Source: a virus. Taken from it: a DNA stretch of 64,000 bases. Below are positions 28,398-37,565 of the stretch, one piece after another. The stretch lies in the IMG/VR virus record IMGVR_UViG_3300030110_002054, positions 1 to 64,000 of that record. The stretch is one strand, 5' to 3'. The notes beneath the pieces are model-generated. The model saw only the letters and a list, made by a program, of their open reading frames with translations. It was not told the DNA's origin and did no database searches. Both the position numbers and the translations under genes were made by a program. Positions within the stretch are counted from its first letter, which is position 1. Each line of letters opens with the position of its first letter.

Positions 28398-29603
28398 TCA
28401 GAGTGTCACCCCCATTGCTTCCATAGGGGTGACGTACTCCTCCAAGTCCACCACGCCGGATACAACATCCGACATGAGTTTGTGGACTGCGTGTAGTCGT
28501 GTGTCAAGAGCACCGATTGCTAGGGCACTTCCTGTAAGGACAGCGTTGCCCTTACCGCTCAGTGTGTTAGCACCGCTCCATGTAGGCTTGTGTGTCAGAA
28601 CACCAGTGAGTACGTTGTAGGCATGGTATGCCGTACCGATTGCATCACCTTCGACCTTCACGAAGTCAGCCTCAGGTCTGTTCCAACCCATGAGTGCCGC
28701 ACGGAATCCGTAGCCTCTGGAGATGGAGTAGTCCACAACTGTATCAGTCTGCTTGTTTATCATGGGTGTTGCTTGAGGCAGGGAGAGAATCTTTCTCTCT
28801 CGTGCCGCAACTAGAAGTTTACCGAACAGGTCGTTGTCCATCCCGAAGGAAGTCATCGACTCAACCAGTTCGAGTTGCTCCACCACGTCATCAATCATAC
28901 CTGCAATGGCGTTGCTGAACTTGGCGAAGTCAATCTTACCGACACCGTTCTTCGTGTGTCTCAAACTCGCTAGGTTCTTGGTCGATGTAGCAACCATACC
29001 GTTGGTACAGGCAAGCCTCTCTGCAACTCCGTTGATTTTCAGAGAACCGCTACCGTCAAGGCTGTTGTGAATAGACACACCATACTTGTACAAGTCCCCA
29101 ACATGTGTAAGGTCTGACTTCTCGTTAGCAACTACGTTGATATCCATTCGGGCTTTCTTGCCGTGGTCGTAGGCTGTTATCTTGAAGTCCCAGTTCTTCT
29201 CGTTGCAGTGCATTGCCAATGGAGCAAACACTTCTGGGTAAGACACACATGCATATCTCTTAGAGACTGCACCTAGTATAGCACCAACAGGTTGCTTCTC
29301 TGTCCTGACCTTGGGGTTCATGATGATGAACAGGTTGTTCTCACCGTTGTACGCATCTGTTACTGTGTACAGTCCGTCATCCACACCTGAATCCTCAGGA
29401 TGTTGGTCAACGTTCACCACAGCAGGCAACACGTAGGGTTTGAAGTCCCAGTCACAGACTGTCTTAGTCCTACCACCTTGGGTCAAGAAGGCAAAGCCTT
29501 CTCCTTCGTGAACTTGCATAGCACCACTAGCAATAGTGTGCGTATCCCAGTTCGGGCTTTCGTCATCGTTCGTCATATCGTTTGTATCAATGTTCATATT
29601 CAT
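28398..29603 (-). CDS. DUF932-like protein
   Basis: LGAVSKRY, NSLDGSGS, RLACTNG and TAY.AYN.LT...TH. Downstream of promoter motif copy 4. Confidence 0.75.
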   Translation of the reverse strand: MNMNIDTNDMTNDDESPNWDTHTIASGAMQVHEGEGFAFLTQGGRTKTVCDWDFKPYVLPAVVNVDQHPEDSGVDDGLYTVTDAYNGENNLFIIMNPKVRTEKQPVGAILGAVSKRYACVSYPEVFAPLAMHCNEKNWDFKITAYDHGKKARMDINVVANEKSDLTHVGDLYKYGVSIHNSLDGSGSLKINGVAERLACTNGMVATSTKNLASLRHTKNGVGKIDFAKFSNAIAGMIDDVVEQLELVESMTSFGMDNDLFGKLLVAARERKILSLPQATPMINKQTDTVVDYSISRGYGFRAALMGWNRPEADFVKVEGDAIGTAYHAYNVLTGVLTHKPTWSGANTLSGKGNAVLTGSALAIGALDTRLHAVHKLMSDVVSGVVDLEEYVTPMEAMGVTL

Positions 29604-29608
29604 ATCAA

Positions 29609-31678
29609 TCACCACTCCTCTGTTGTTCCTTTATATCGGGAAGCCCCCTTTCCACCGATGAAATCGGTTAGCATGCTCGCAGGAATCTCACCTGCATCCA
29701 CCATGCTCGTTAGCAACTCCGTTGCCAAGGCCTTCCTCTGTTCCTTCTCTCCACCATCCAGTATCCCTTTGACCACATCTCTCTTCTGAGAGACGATGCG
29801 AGAGAACCTCTCGTCAATCGTGTTGGAGACGCATAGGTAGACTGCGTGAACAACACTCGCATCCTGACCTATCCTATTCACTCTGTCCTCCGCCTGTTCC
29901 TCTACGGCAGGAGTCCACTCACGTTCCACGAACACAACCGTGTCTGCTTTGGTGAGTGTTATTCCCATGTTGGCCGACAGTATGTTAGCAACCAACACGT
30001 CTACGTTCCCTGCTTGGAAGTCCTCGATTATGGCCTGCCTCTTCTGTGCATTGACACCACCTTCGATGACTGCAACACGCAGGAACTCAGGGTTGAGTGT
30101 GTCCACTACTCGCTTCAACACATCTCTGTGATGTGTGTATACGATGACAGGCTTGCCTGTCTGTTCGTGGTACTGAGCCACCCATTCACAAGCCGAATGC
30201 ACCTTGAGCATCCCACAGTGATGTCTCAGACTCGTGAGCATGTTCAACACGAATCCCGCAGGGAGTGTGTTGTTCTGCTTGTGTTGCCTGTACTCATCCA
30301 ACCAACCAGACTGCAAGGTCTGGTATGACTTGACCCCAGATGCCGAAGGCTCGACTGCGAAGTCCTGCCTTATCTTGTCAGGTAGTTCCTCCATGACCTC
30401 CTTCTTCAGTCTGCGAAGCACGAAGTCCCTACTCACAGTGTGTAGTTCCTTCTCGTTGGAAGAACCGCGTGTGTCCCAACCGAACCCGTTGTGATATGCA
30501 TCGCAGTACCTCTGAACATACTTGAGCCATGACGGGAAGTCAACTGGTCTGAGCAGGTTCAGCGTGGTGAAGTACTCCTCAGGCCGACTGGTTATGGCAG
30601 TGCCACTGAGACAGAGCACGCTCTGTGTCTGCTTACCTATGTTGAGACAAGCCTGTGTCCTCTTGGCTGTCTTGTTCTTCAGGAAGTGAGACTCGTCGAA
30701 CACACACAGGTTGAATCCCCTGTCCATGAGTTGCTCCTCTCTCTTGCCCATCAAGTCATAGTTCACTATGGTGAAGTCAGCATCTGCTATCTCACCCTTG
30801 AAACCGTTGACCACCTCGACACTCACGTCTTTGAGCCATGTGTCAATCTCCTTAGCCCAGTTGTACTTGACACTGGAGGGACAGACCACAAGCACAGGCC
30901 ATAGTTCCCTGTGAAGGGATGCGTATGCTATCGCTTGGATGGTCTTGCCTATCCCCATGTCGTCCCCGATGAGGCATCTCCCACCCGCAAGTTCAGCGAA
31001 GCGAACACCCACGTATTGGAAGGGGTACAACTCGCAACCATCGTTGAAGGTTTCAGACAACCTCTTCTGCATCTCGTCAACCGTGTGTGCGTTTGTCAAC
31101 TCGACTGCACTGCTGATTGCTACACGCTCCGCATGTTTGGTGATGTACATCTGAACATCCTCAAGTTCGCTCACGACTGTGGCCAGTGGCTCGTAGACAT
31201 CCTCTAATCTCTTGACTAGGAATCCTGCTTGCTTTATCGGTATCATCCAACGCTTGTTGTCGTTGTCCCACTTCCTGTTAGGAATGCCTTTGACAATCTC
31301 CTTGACCTCATCCCTCAGGGATGCATCCCTGATGAAAGGCCACTCCAAAGCCAACGCACCATCCACTATGTATGCTGAACACTTGCTCGCAGTACTCGTG
31401 TTTGAAGGGGCGGATGCTATGTACTCGTCAAGAGGAGCACTGTCGTACCCGAACCTCTCGATGATGGAAGCAGTAGTCTGCAACACATCCCTGTCGAAAC
31501 GCACGTTCCACCTGCCGTCACTCCACTTGATGTTGTAGAATCCCTCAAGGGATTTCAACTCGGTCTTGAGTGCGTTGTTCAACTCAGGGTTGTAGGGATA
31601 GACTATTGCAATACGCTTCGCCTGTCTTGGATACCTACGTTGTGTGTCCTGCCTCGTGTAGTACGTCTCTGTGTACAT
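29609..31678 (-). CDS. SNF2/SMARCAL1-like annealing helicase with N-terminal HARP-like repeats
   Basis: LYPFQ, DDMGIGKT, DESH, LSGT, LRRLK and QAEDR..RIGQ. N-terminal PYNPEL...W..GRW and PF...IVKGIPNRKWD...KRW. Confidence 0.9.
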   Translation of the reverse strand: MYTETYYTRQDTQRRYPRQAKRIAIVYPYNPELNNALKTELKSLEGFYNIKWSDGRWNVRFDRDVLQTTASIIERFGYDSAPLDEYIASAPSNTSTASKCSAYIVDGALALEWPFIRDASLRDEVKEIVKGIPNRKWDNDNKRWMIPIKQAGFLVKRLEDVYEPLATVVSELEDVQMYITKHAERVAISSAVELTNAHTVDEMQKRLSETFNDGCELYPFQYVGVRFAELAGGRCLIGDDMGIGKTIQAIAYASLHRELWPVLVVCPSSVKYNWAKEIDTWLKDVSVEVVNGFKGEIADADFTIVNYDLMGKREEQLMDRGFNLCVFDESHFLKNKTAKRTQACLNIGKQTQSVLCLSGTAITSRPEEYFTTLNLLRPVDFPSWLKYVQRYCDAYHNGFGWDTRGSSNEKELHTVSRDFVLRRLKKEVMEELPDKIRQDFAVEPSASGVKSYQTLQSGWLDEYRQHKQNNTLPAGFVLNMLTSLRHHCGMLKVHSACEWVAQYHEQTGKPVIVYTHHRDVLKRVVDTLNPEFLRVAVIEGGVNAQKRQAIIEDFQAGNVDVLVANILSANMGITLTKADTVVFVEREWTPAVEEQAEDRVNRIGQDASVVHAVYLCVSNTIDERFSRIVSQKRDVVKGILDGGEKEQRKALATELLTSMVDAGEIPASMLTDFIGGKGASRYKGTTEEW
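29623..29645 (-). promoter_or_regulatory. Conserved viral promoter motif copy 4 (one mismatch)
   Basis: TTGTTCCTTTATATCGGGAAGCC inside the 3' end of the helicase gene. Confidence 0.7.
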
Positions 31679-31685
31679 GTCTGCT

Positions 31686-32210
31686 TCAAGAGTCAAGTTC
31701 CCACCTCTCATGTACGTTCTCCCCATCCTCAACACGCATGATTAACTCGTCATCCTCACGCATGCCTGTTGGAATACGCTTAGGGTCAAGCATGCGTTCG
31801 ATGGCATCTCTAACGAAGCCTGTCCTGTCCTTACCAAACATACAGTGGAAGAACACTGGTGCGTCTTGTGCTAGTGTCAGTATCAACTGAGCAGTATCAC
31901 GAATGTAGGCTTCGTCCTTGACGTAGTTCTTCTTCCCGTAGGGATTGGGTATGTGTCTGACAATCCTGTTGACGTGGTGGTCACCTGTGTGTTTCAACAC
32001 GTCGTGGCTGATGTCCGTCACCCACTCACCTGCGTTCCTGTCCAGAGACACGACGTACTTCCACGTGTGTAGATGGAAGGCATCCTCAATCTGATTCACG
32101 AAGTCGTTCTTGTCATGTATGTCATACTGGTGTCCTTTGGGTGGGTCAATCCTAGACCCATCTGAACAGAACACGTTGTCTGCAATCTGCATGTATCTGA
32201 ACTCGCTCAT
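31686..32210 (-). CDS. Cys-based protein tyrosine / dual-specificity phosphatase
   Basis: PVFFHCMFGKDRTG, the HCx5R motif. Confidence 0.85.
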   Translation of the reverse strand: MSEFRYMQIADNVFCSDGSRIDPPKGHQYDIHDKNDFVNQIEDAFHLHTWKYVVSLDRNAGEWVTDISHDVLKHTGDHHVNRIVRHIPNPYGKKNYVKDEAYIRDTAQLILTLAQDAPVFFHCMFGKDRTGFVRDAIERMLDPKRIPTGMREDDELIMRVEDGENVHERWELDS

Positions 32211-32389
32211 TCTTCCTCACCTGTCCATTTCCTATCACCCATCAGGTTGTTCCAATGTTCCCAATGGACATCTTCAGGATACCATGATTCCATCGTGTTG
32301 CCCCAATAGTCCACTCGCACTATGCGACCATCATCTTCAGGATAGAGTACCGTTCCACCATCAGACAGTTCAATTCCTTCGTCACTCAT
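32207..32389 (-). CDS. Small hypothetical protein
   Basis: Coupled ORF. Confidence 0.55.
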   Translation of the reverse strand: MSDEGIELSDGGTVLYPEDDGRIVRVDYWGNTMESWYPEDVHWEHWNNLMGDRKWTGEEE

Positions 32390-32781
32390 TCTTCTTCACC
32401 CCACCTTAAGTTCCATCCTTGTTCTGTTAGTTCTCTCTTAGAAACATCATAGGTCATTAACTCCTTGAGTTTCGCCATGATGCTCCTTTGCTTCTTCTTC
32501 CCAATCAGAAGTCTTTCCTCGTTACCATTAGGATGAGATACTCGCATGAGTATTCCCTTCTCCATAGGTTGCCAATTGAACAACTCACATCGTTGTAAGT
32601 AGTTCTGCCAAATCTTGGATTCCTTCCAACATATGCTGAATGTTATCGTTGATATGTTATTCAGATTGAAGAACATGAACTGTGACTTGTCCAATGATTG
32701 AACTGCCATATACATTCTAATGCCTTCATTTGCATTGTAGAAGTGACTTCTCTTTCCTTCTCCGTGTTCCTCAATGCTCAT
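32386..32781 (-). CDS. Hypothetical protein (start MSIEEH)
   Basis: ATGA overlap with the helicase stop. Confidence 0.55.
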   Translation of the reverse strand: MSIEEHGEGKRSHFYNANEGIRMYMAVQSLDKSQFMFFNLNNISTITFSICWKESKIWQNYLQRCELFNWQPMEKGILMRVSHPNGNEERLLIGKKKQRSIMAKLKELMTYDVSKRELTEQGWNLRWGEEE

Positions 32782-34220
32782 CCTACTCGCCTCCCGCAGT
32801 AATTCAGAACCTTCTTCGCTCTTGTAATTGCAACATAGCATAGGTTCATCTCTTGTTCTCTATCAGCCTTTGACTTAGCCATCGGATGTGGCATTAGGTC
32901 AGGCTTTAGAATCCAAACGGTATTTGACTCAAGACCCTTAGCCTTGTGAATAGTAGAGAAGACAACACCTGCCCTCTTACCATCATCAAAGATAGTCTTG
33001 ATGTTATCCATCAATCCCTTCACAGTCTGAGTATTAGCCATCAATGCGAATAGACAGTCTCTCCTATCCTGTAGGTTATGTGCGAACTTCTCCTTCTCCT
33101 GCTCCATCAACATGCGAACTTGAACATCCACATACTTGACCAATGCTTCCTTGAAAGAAGCAATGTCCATTGAAACATCTTGTGTCACCTTCTTGACCAA
33201 TGCATTGAGCGATTGCCCAATATCTCTTCCGAGAACATATGCTGGTATTCCAGCAGTAATCAAAGAGAAACAATGACTCACTAGTGGTGCATTGACTCTA
33301 CAAAGAACCATGTCTCCTACCTTTGGAACAAAGTCCACATTAGTATTTACTTCACCTTCTTCAGCATTATCTGCCGCTTCAAAGTCGGGTACGAATCTGT
33401 TAGCCTCTTGGACTACTGCCGTTGGACATCTCCAAGATACTGTCAAAGGAAACTCCTTGATTTCCCTTGAAGAGAACTTTAGTGAATCCTTGAAGATAGA
33501 CATACTCCTAGAATCTGCTCCTCTAAATCCATAGATTGCTTGCTTTGGGTCACCGACAATTATCATCCTTCCACCATTACAGGCTTTGAGAATCAATCTC
33601 CTTTGTGACTCATTGAAGTCCTGTGCCTCATCAACGAATACCACATCATAGTGCTTGACTGGCAATTCCAATACAACTGGTAGCCATATCATGTCATCGA
33701 AGTTGAAGATGCTCACATCTAGACTCAGGTTCTTAATCTGAGGTAGTTTGAGTATTGCATTGTTCTTCTCGCGTATGCCATCAAACTCTATGCTATACTC
33801 ATCAATCAGGTTCTCGATACCAGCCTTATCATCCCACTCAATCATTGATGACTTGAGTAGAGAGATTAGTTTCTTCAATCCCTGCTTGGACTTGAAGTTC
33901 TTACCCATTACTGCCTTGACTATGTTATCGTCCTTCTTGAAATCCATCTTGGCTTTACTGTTGTGTCTTTTCAAAGCACCCATACCTAGAGAGTGAAAGG
34001 TCTTGGCCTCACAATCCATTGGCAACTTCGTGCCTATCTCCGTAGCAATCGACTTGTTGAATGCTAAGAATAACTTAGACACATTGGGTATTCGATTAGC
34101 CCCTTCTACGATGGTGAATGTCTTGCCCGTTCCGGCTTTAGCATCAACCACCAAATGGTCTGTGCTTTCGACCATCTCTTTCCATATTCGTTCTTGTTGT
34201 TCTGTTCCTACTATTTTCAT
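32778..34220 (-). CDS. UvrD/Rep-like superfamily 1 helicase
   Basis: AKAGTGKT, LAFNK, TFHS, VDEAQD, VGDPKQAIYGFRGA, STIHKAKGLE and YVAITRAK. Start MKIVGT with AGGAG upstream. Confidence 0.95.
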   Translation of the reverse strand: MKIVGTEQQERIWKEMVESTDHLVVDAKAGTGKTFTIVEGANRIPNVSKLFLAFNKSIATEIGTKLPMDCEAKTFHSLGMGALKRHNSKAKMDFKKDDNIVKAVMGKNFKSKQGLKKLISLLKSSMIEWDDKAGIENLIDEYSIEFDGIREKNNAILKLPQIKNLSLDVSIFNFDDMIWLPVVLELPVKHYDVVFVDEAQDFNESQRRLILKACNGGRMIIVGDPKQAIYGFRGADSRSMSIFKDSLKFSSREIKEFPLTVSWRCPTAVVQEANRFVPDFEAADNAEEGEVNTNVDFVPKVGDMVLCRVNAPLVSHCFSLITAGIPAYVLGRDIGQSLNALVKKVTQDVSMDIASFKEALVKYVDVQVRMLMEQEKEKFAHNLQDRRDCLFALMANTQTVKGLMDNIKTIFDDGKRAGVVFSTIHKAKGLESNTVWILKPDLMPHPMAKSKADREQEMNLCYVAITRAKKVLNYCGRRVG

Positions 34221-34401
34221 TTTTCTTTCTCCTTTAATTTTCAAAAAAGAAAACCACAAACACAAGTTACGAAACGCCTGAAGTGCGTTACGAAACGTCA
34301 TGTCTGTTTTTTGTCTTCTTCTTGACTAGTTATTTGTGAAGTTACATATTTACTTTTATTAGTGTCCTATATGACTTTCCAAATAAAAGTAAAAAAATAA
34401 G

Positions 34402-34447
34402 AGGAAGTTACACAGACTCGATTTACACCGAATTTGTGTAACTTTCC
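34402..34447. terminator. Intergenic hairpin (GGAAGTTACACA...TGTGTAACTTTCC)
   Basis: Imperfect inverted repeat just after the stop of 34451..35173, followed by T-tracts on the - strand. Confidence 0.45.
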
Positions 34448-34450
34448 AAC

Positions 34451-35173
34451 TTACTCTTCTTCGTTTTCTTTTCCTCCCTTCGGGACATATGTGGTTCTCC
34501 TGTATGCCCGCTTCTTGAGTTTCCTCTTCTCATGCTTGAGCATGGCAGATAACTCCATCTGTTCGGTTTCGATGGTTTCCATCATCCTCGCCATTCTGTC
34601 TAATCTCTGATTAAGCGCAGTTATACGAGGACTGACATCCGCTTGGATAGACTCCATCTTCTGAATGTTGGTATTCATACGACCATTCAAAGTAGCGATG
34701 CTACCTAGCACCTTATCCTTGAATGGAGTATCATCATCATTCATTGCCAATTCTATAGCCTTCGCTACCTGCTCATTGACTGCCTTCTTGAAGTGTTGAG
34801 TAGTTAGGAACCTGTCCCTAATTATCTCCTCTTCAGTAAAGGGATTAATCTCACTAGGAGAAGCATCATTACTTTCATGGTGGAAAGCCTGTCCTGCTAC
34901 TGTTGAGAGTCTTATCTCAATCTCCTCTATTCTAGCAAGAGTCTTTGGTAATTCTGACATCTGAGTTGATACCCAAGTTTCCATCGCTTTGGCATTAGCC
35001 ACTTTGACATACTGGTTATTCATACCATCTCTGTCTCTAACTAGGCCGGACTTGTTTACTCTCACCCTGTGTTCTTCACAGAATTTAGGTTGCACCATTC
35101 CTGTTCTTACTACGAATGGCCGTTGGCACTTATGTCCGTCTTCCATTACAAATTCACATCTTTTTCTTATCAT
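34451..35173 (-). CDS. Zn-finger plus coiled-coil protein, first gene of the - arm
   Basis: N-terminal C.....C...FCEEH, long heptad region and basic tail. Confidence 0.65.
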   Translation of the reverse strand: MIRKRCEFVMEDGHKCQRPFVVRTGMVQPKFCEEHRVRVNKSGLVRDRDGMNNQYVKVANAKAMETWVSTQMSELPKTLARIEEIEIRLSTVAGQAFHHESNDASPSEINPFTEEEIIRDRFLTTQHFKKAVNEQVAKAIELAMNDDDTPFKDKVLGSIATLNGRMNTNIQKMESIQADVSPRITALNQRLDRMARMMETIETEQMELSAMLKHEKRKLKKRAYRRTTYVPKGGKENEEE

Positions 35174-35239
35174 TCTTATTCCTCTAATATTGTTATGTTG
35201 ATGAGACTATATGAAGTGTCATCAATTTGAGTGTTTGGC

Positions 35240-35775
35240 AGGGGCGAACTACGCGCCGCATTACTCTTAGAACTCTCGATAGTATTCTAAGAAACCTACC
35301 TCAAGGGTTGGTATTAGCAACCTTACAGTTACGGAGAAGATATATGGGGGCTTCTCCGATTTGGTTGAGTGGTTATTGGGGGAGATGAACCGTGCTATGC
35401 CGTTAAGCGCAGGGATGCATACGATGCCGTGACTAGACATCATGGTTTTATTTATTGAAATGCTGACTACTGCTGAACCTTATGGTTCTTCTTATACCGG
35501 ACAGTAAGTTAAACATGCTCGATTAACTTAAGCAACTCCTCTCTCCAAGGATATCTCTCCCGACAACCGAAGTTGTGGGAAAAGAAGTATCCGAGTCGAT
35601 GGTCAACCCTTGTATCTTCATTCATCTTTACTACTCAAACCCCAATTCCCGACTGTGCAAATCCTCCGCTAAGATTCATTGGTCACCACATTTGTGTCGA
35701 GTTGTTATTCTCATGTTTCTAACATGAGGATGATAAAACCGAAATGCCGTTTGAGTGGGGCTAACCTCGGTTTTC
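35240..35775. ncRNA. Candidate large structured non-coding RNA or ssDNA structure
   Basis: No ORF of 60 aa or more. At least 7 local stem-loops plus a long-range helix (35365-35389 with 35621-35638), several with G-T pairs. Confidence 0.35.
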
Positions 35776-35779
35776 TTTG

Positions 35780-36060
35780 ATTTTCTCATTATTCTCATTA
35801 TTCTCACTAGTTTTCTAGAGAGAGAGAGTATAGGTGTGTGTGGGGGGTATGTTGTTGTGTATAATGTATGTTAATAATGATAATATTGAGAATATTACTC
35901 TAAATCGTTCATACTACCCATTCACGCCTTTCGGTTCTCTCATATCCGTGAGAATATTGTGAGAGAACCAAACATAAGATGCTATCTTATGAATACCATA
36001 TATATGATATTAGTATATATGATAGATATCTATACCTATATGGTATGATATGTGAGTCTT
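35780..36060. other. Candidate replication origin at the strand switch
   Basis: TTCTCA/TGAGAA short repeats in both orientations. AT-rich core with IR ATACCATATA/TATATGGTAT (35993-36046) and palindrome ATAGATATCTAT. Confidence 0.4.
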
Positions 36061-36260
36061 GATTTGACTGTGATACCAAGCCACATATATTGGTGGTTAC
36101 GAATAACTCCAATCACTTGTGTTCATTGATATGCTAGTTTGATTTCACATGCAGTCAAAGGAGGACTTTTTTCCTCAGTAAGTGCCTGTGACTACCCTAT
36201 ATTAGGGTGGGGCGACACTTACCCCTACCCTGAATCATTTATCTCTTGATTGATTTAGCA

Positions 36261-36300
36261 ACCATATGGTAGGACACTTTGTCGTAAAGACCCCATAGAG
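36261..36300 (+). repeat. Cassette site 1 (right arm only)
   Basis: ACCATATGGT aggac ACTTTGTcgtaaag ACCCCATAg. No ACAAAGT arm on the left. Confidence 0.85.
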
Positions 36301-36364
36301 GGTTAATCAGGCCCATAGATGCTTTAGGAGGGTTGGTGAGACAACCTTACAGGAGGAAAACAAT

Positions 36365-36835
36365 ATGGAATGGCAAGAATTTACGGGAATGGTTACGACC
36401 TACGCAAATGACAAGAAATCGGAGATAGACTCAGAGGATAAGACCTCTGTTCTCCGCCTCATAGAAAGAGGGAACGCAAATGAAAAGAAGCAAGCACGTT
36501 GCACTACTGCAATTAGGCTAATTATCGGAGACTACTCTGATAGCCCAACTAACAGTAGGGGCTTCTCGCTTCCAGATGATGCACAGGCAGTCGTTCAGTC
36601 TGCATATGATGCAATCGCTGGACTAGCATCCGTCTATAACGAGAACCCAGTTATAGCGGCTCTTCTTCTGCCTCACGGCAGGAGTACCGCTACTCACCTA
36701 GATGGTGAGACATGGGCAAACCGAATGGTAAGCCACATGGAAGACACGGCTCGCTCGCTATACGAGAGCAAAACATGGGACGGTTCTGAGAAGAGCCTCG
36801 TTGCTACGGTGTCCTTCACCACGGAGGATAACTGA
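36365..36835 (+). CDS. Cassette 1 protein, paralog of cassette 4 protein
   Basis: AGGAGG SD. Shares SV..LIERG..N..K..R..T.IR...SD.P...SLP and W.G....L with 38116..38721. Confidence 0.8.
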   Translation: MEWQEFTGMVTTYANDKKSEIDSEDKTSVLRLIERGNANEKKQARCTTAIRLIIGDYSDSPTNSRGFSLPDDAQAVVQSAYDAIAGLASVYNENPVIAALLLPHGRSTATHLDGETWANRMVSHMEDTARSLYESKTWDGSEKSLVATVSFTTEDN

Positions 36836-36957
36836 TTAGGCAATTTGCCTTCCCTCCTTTAGCACAGACTACTCAAGTCTTACATAGATAACAATCCGTA
36901 AGTCCTAGATGTGGTGGTAGTAATATCACTACCTAAATTCTCTAGGCTGGGTTGGGG

Positions 36958-37030
36958 CTATGGGGTTTGAAGCGACAAAGTGCCGAACCATATGGTAATG
37001 CACACTTTGTCGTGACAGACCCCATATAGG
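36958..37030 (+). repeat. Cassette site 2
   Basis: GGGGT..cgACAAAGTgccga ACCATATGGT aatgcac ACTTTGTcg..ACCCCATATAG. Confidence 0.9.
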
Positions 37031-37049
37031 TTGTAGGACAAACTAAGAC

Positions 37050-37238
37050 ATGGTTAACCTACAGAGAAGGCACTTCAGATGGCTTGCAGAGTTTGCAGTC
37101 ACGGCCCAACTAGATGAAGAACAACGAGAGCAATTGATTAATGCTTGTAGATATACAAACAGTAATTTTGATGCTGGCAGGATGAGAGAATACATGAAAT
37201 CACATCATAGGTTGATTTACATGTACGAAATGGAGTGA
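37050..37238 (+). CDS. Cassette 2 protein A (helical, L...HF..LA....TNSNFD..R motif)
   Basis: ATG about 22 nt after the CATATA box, consistent with a leaderless mRNA. Confidence 0.7.
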   Translation: MVNLQRRHFRWLAEFAVTAQLDEEQREQLINACRYTNSNFDAGRMREYMKSHHRLIYMYEME

Positions 37239-37247
37239 GGTGAGAAA

Positions 37248-37451
37248 GTGGAAAGTGAAAGAATAGTGAATGAAGCAATGAAAGTATATCAGTATGAGAT
37301 TGATGTTGGTCACTCTAAGAGTGGTTCAAATCATGTCATCATTATCAAGAGCCTAAAGGTTCGGAGTGATGACCTTGCAAATGCAATACAGGAAATACAA
37401 GCAGCACTAAGGGCATTTAATGACCTTGGGGGCTGCCCTGATTGCAAATGA
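37248..37451 (+). CDS. Cassette 2 protein B
   Basis: GTG start with GAGGTGA SD. Followed by a GC hairpin. Confidence 0.65.
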   Translation: MESERIVNEAMKVYQYEIDVGHSKSGSNHVIIIKSLKVRSDDLANAIQEIQAALRAFNDLGGCPDCK

Positions 37452-37481
37452 TGTTGTGGGGGCTATGCCCCTACTTCATCA

Positions 37482-37546
37482 GGGTGTTAGCGACAAAGTG
37501 CATTACCATATGGTAAGTTACTTTGTGTTCACGCACCCCATATAGG
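37482..37546 (+). repeat. Cassette site 3
   Basis: GGGT..cgACAAAGTgcatt ACCATATGGT aagtt ACTTTGTgt..ACCCCATATAG. Confidence 0.9.
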
Positions 37547-37565
37547 GGGGTAACAGAGTATTACC

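Noticed and set aside
35174-36260. tRNA genes or a group I/II intron in the non-coding region
   Set aside because: I could not identify a cloverleaf/T-loop or intron catalytic core by eye, and no interrupted gene flanks the region.
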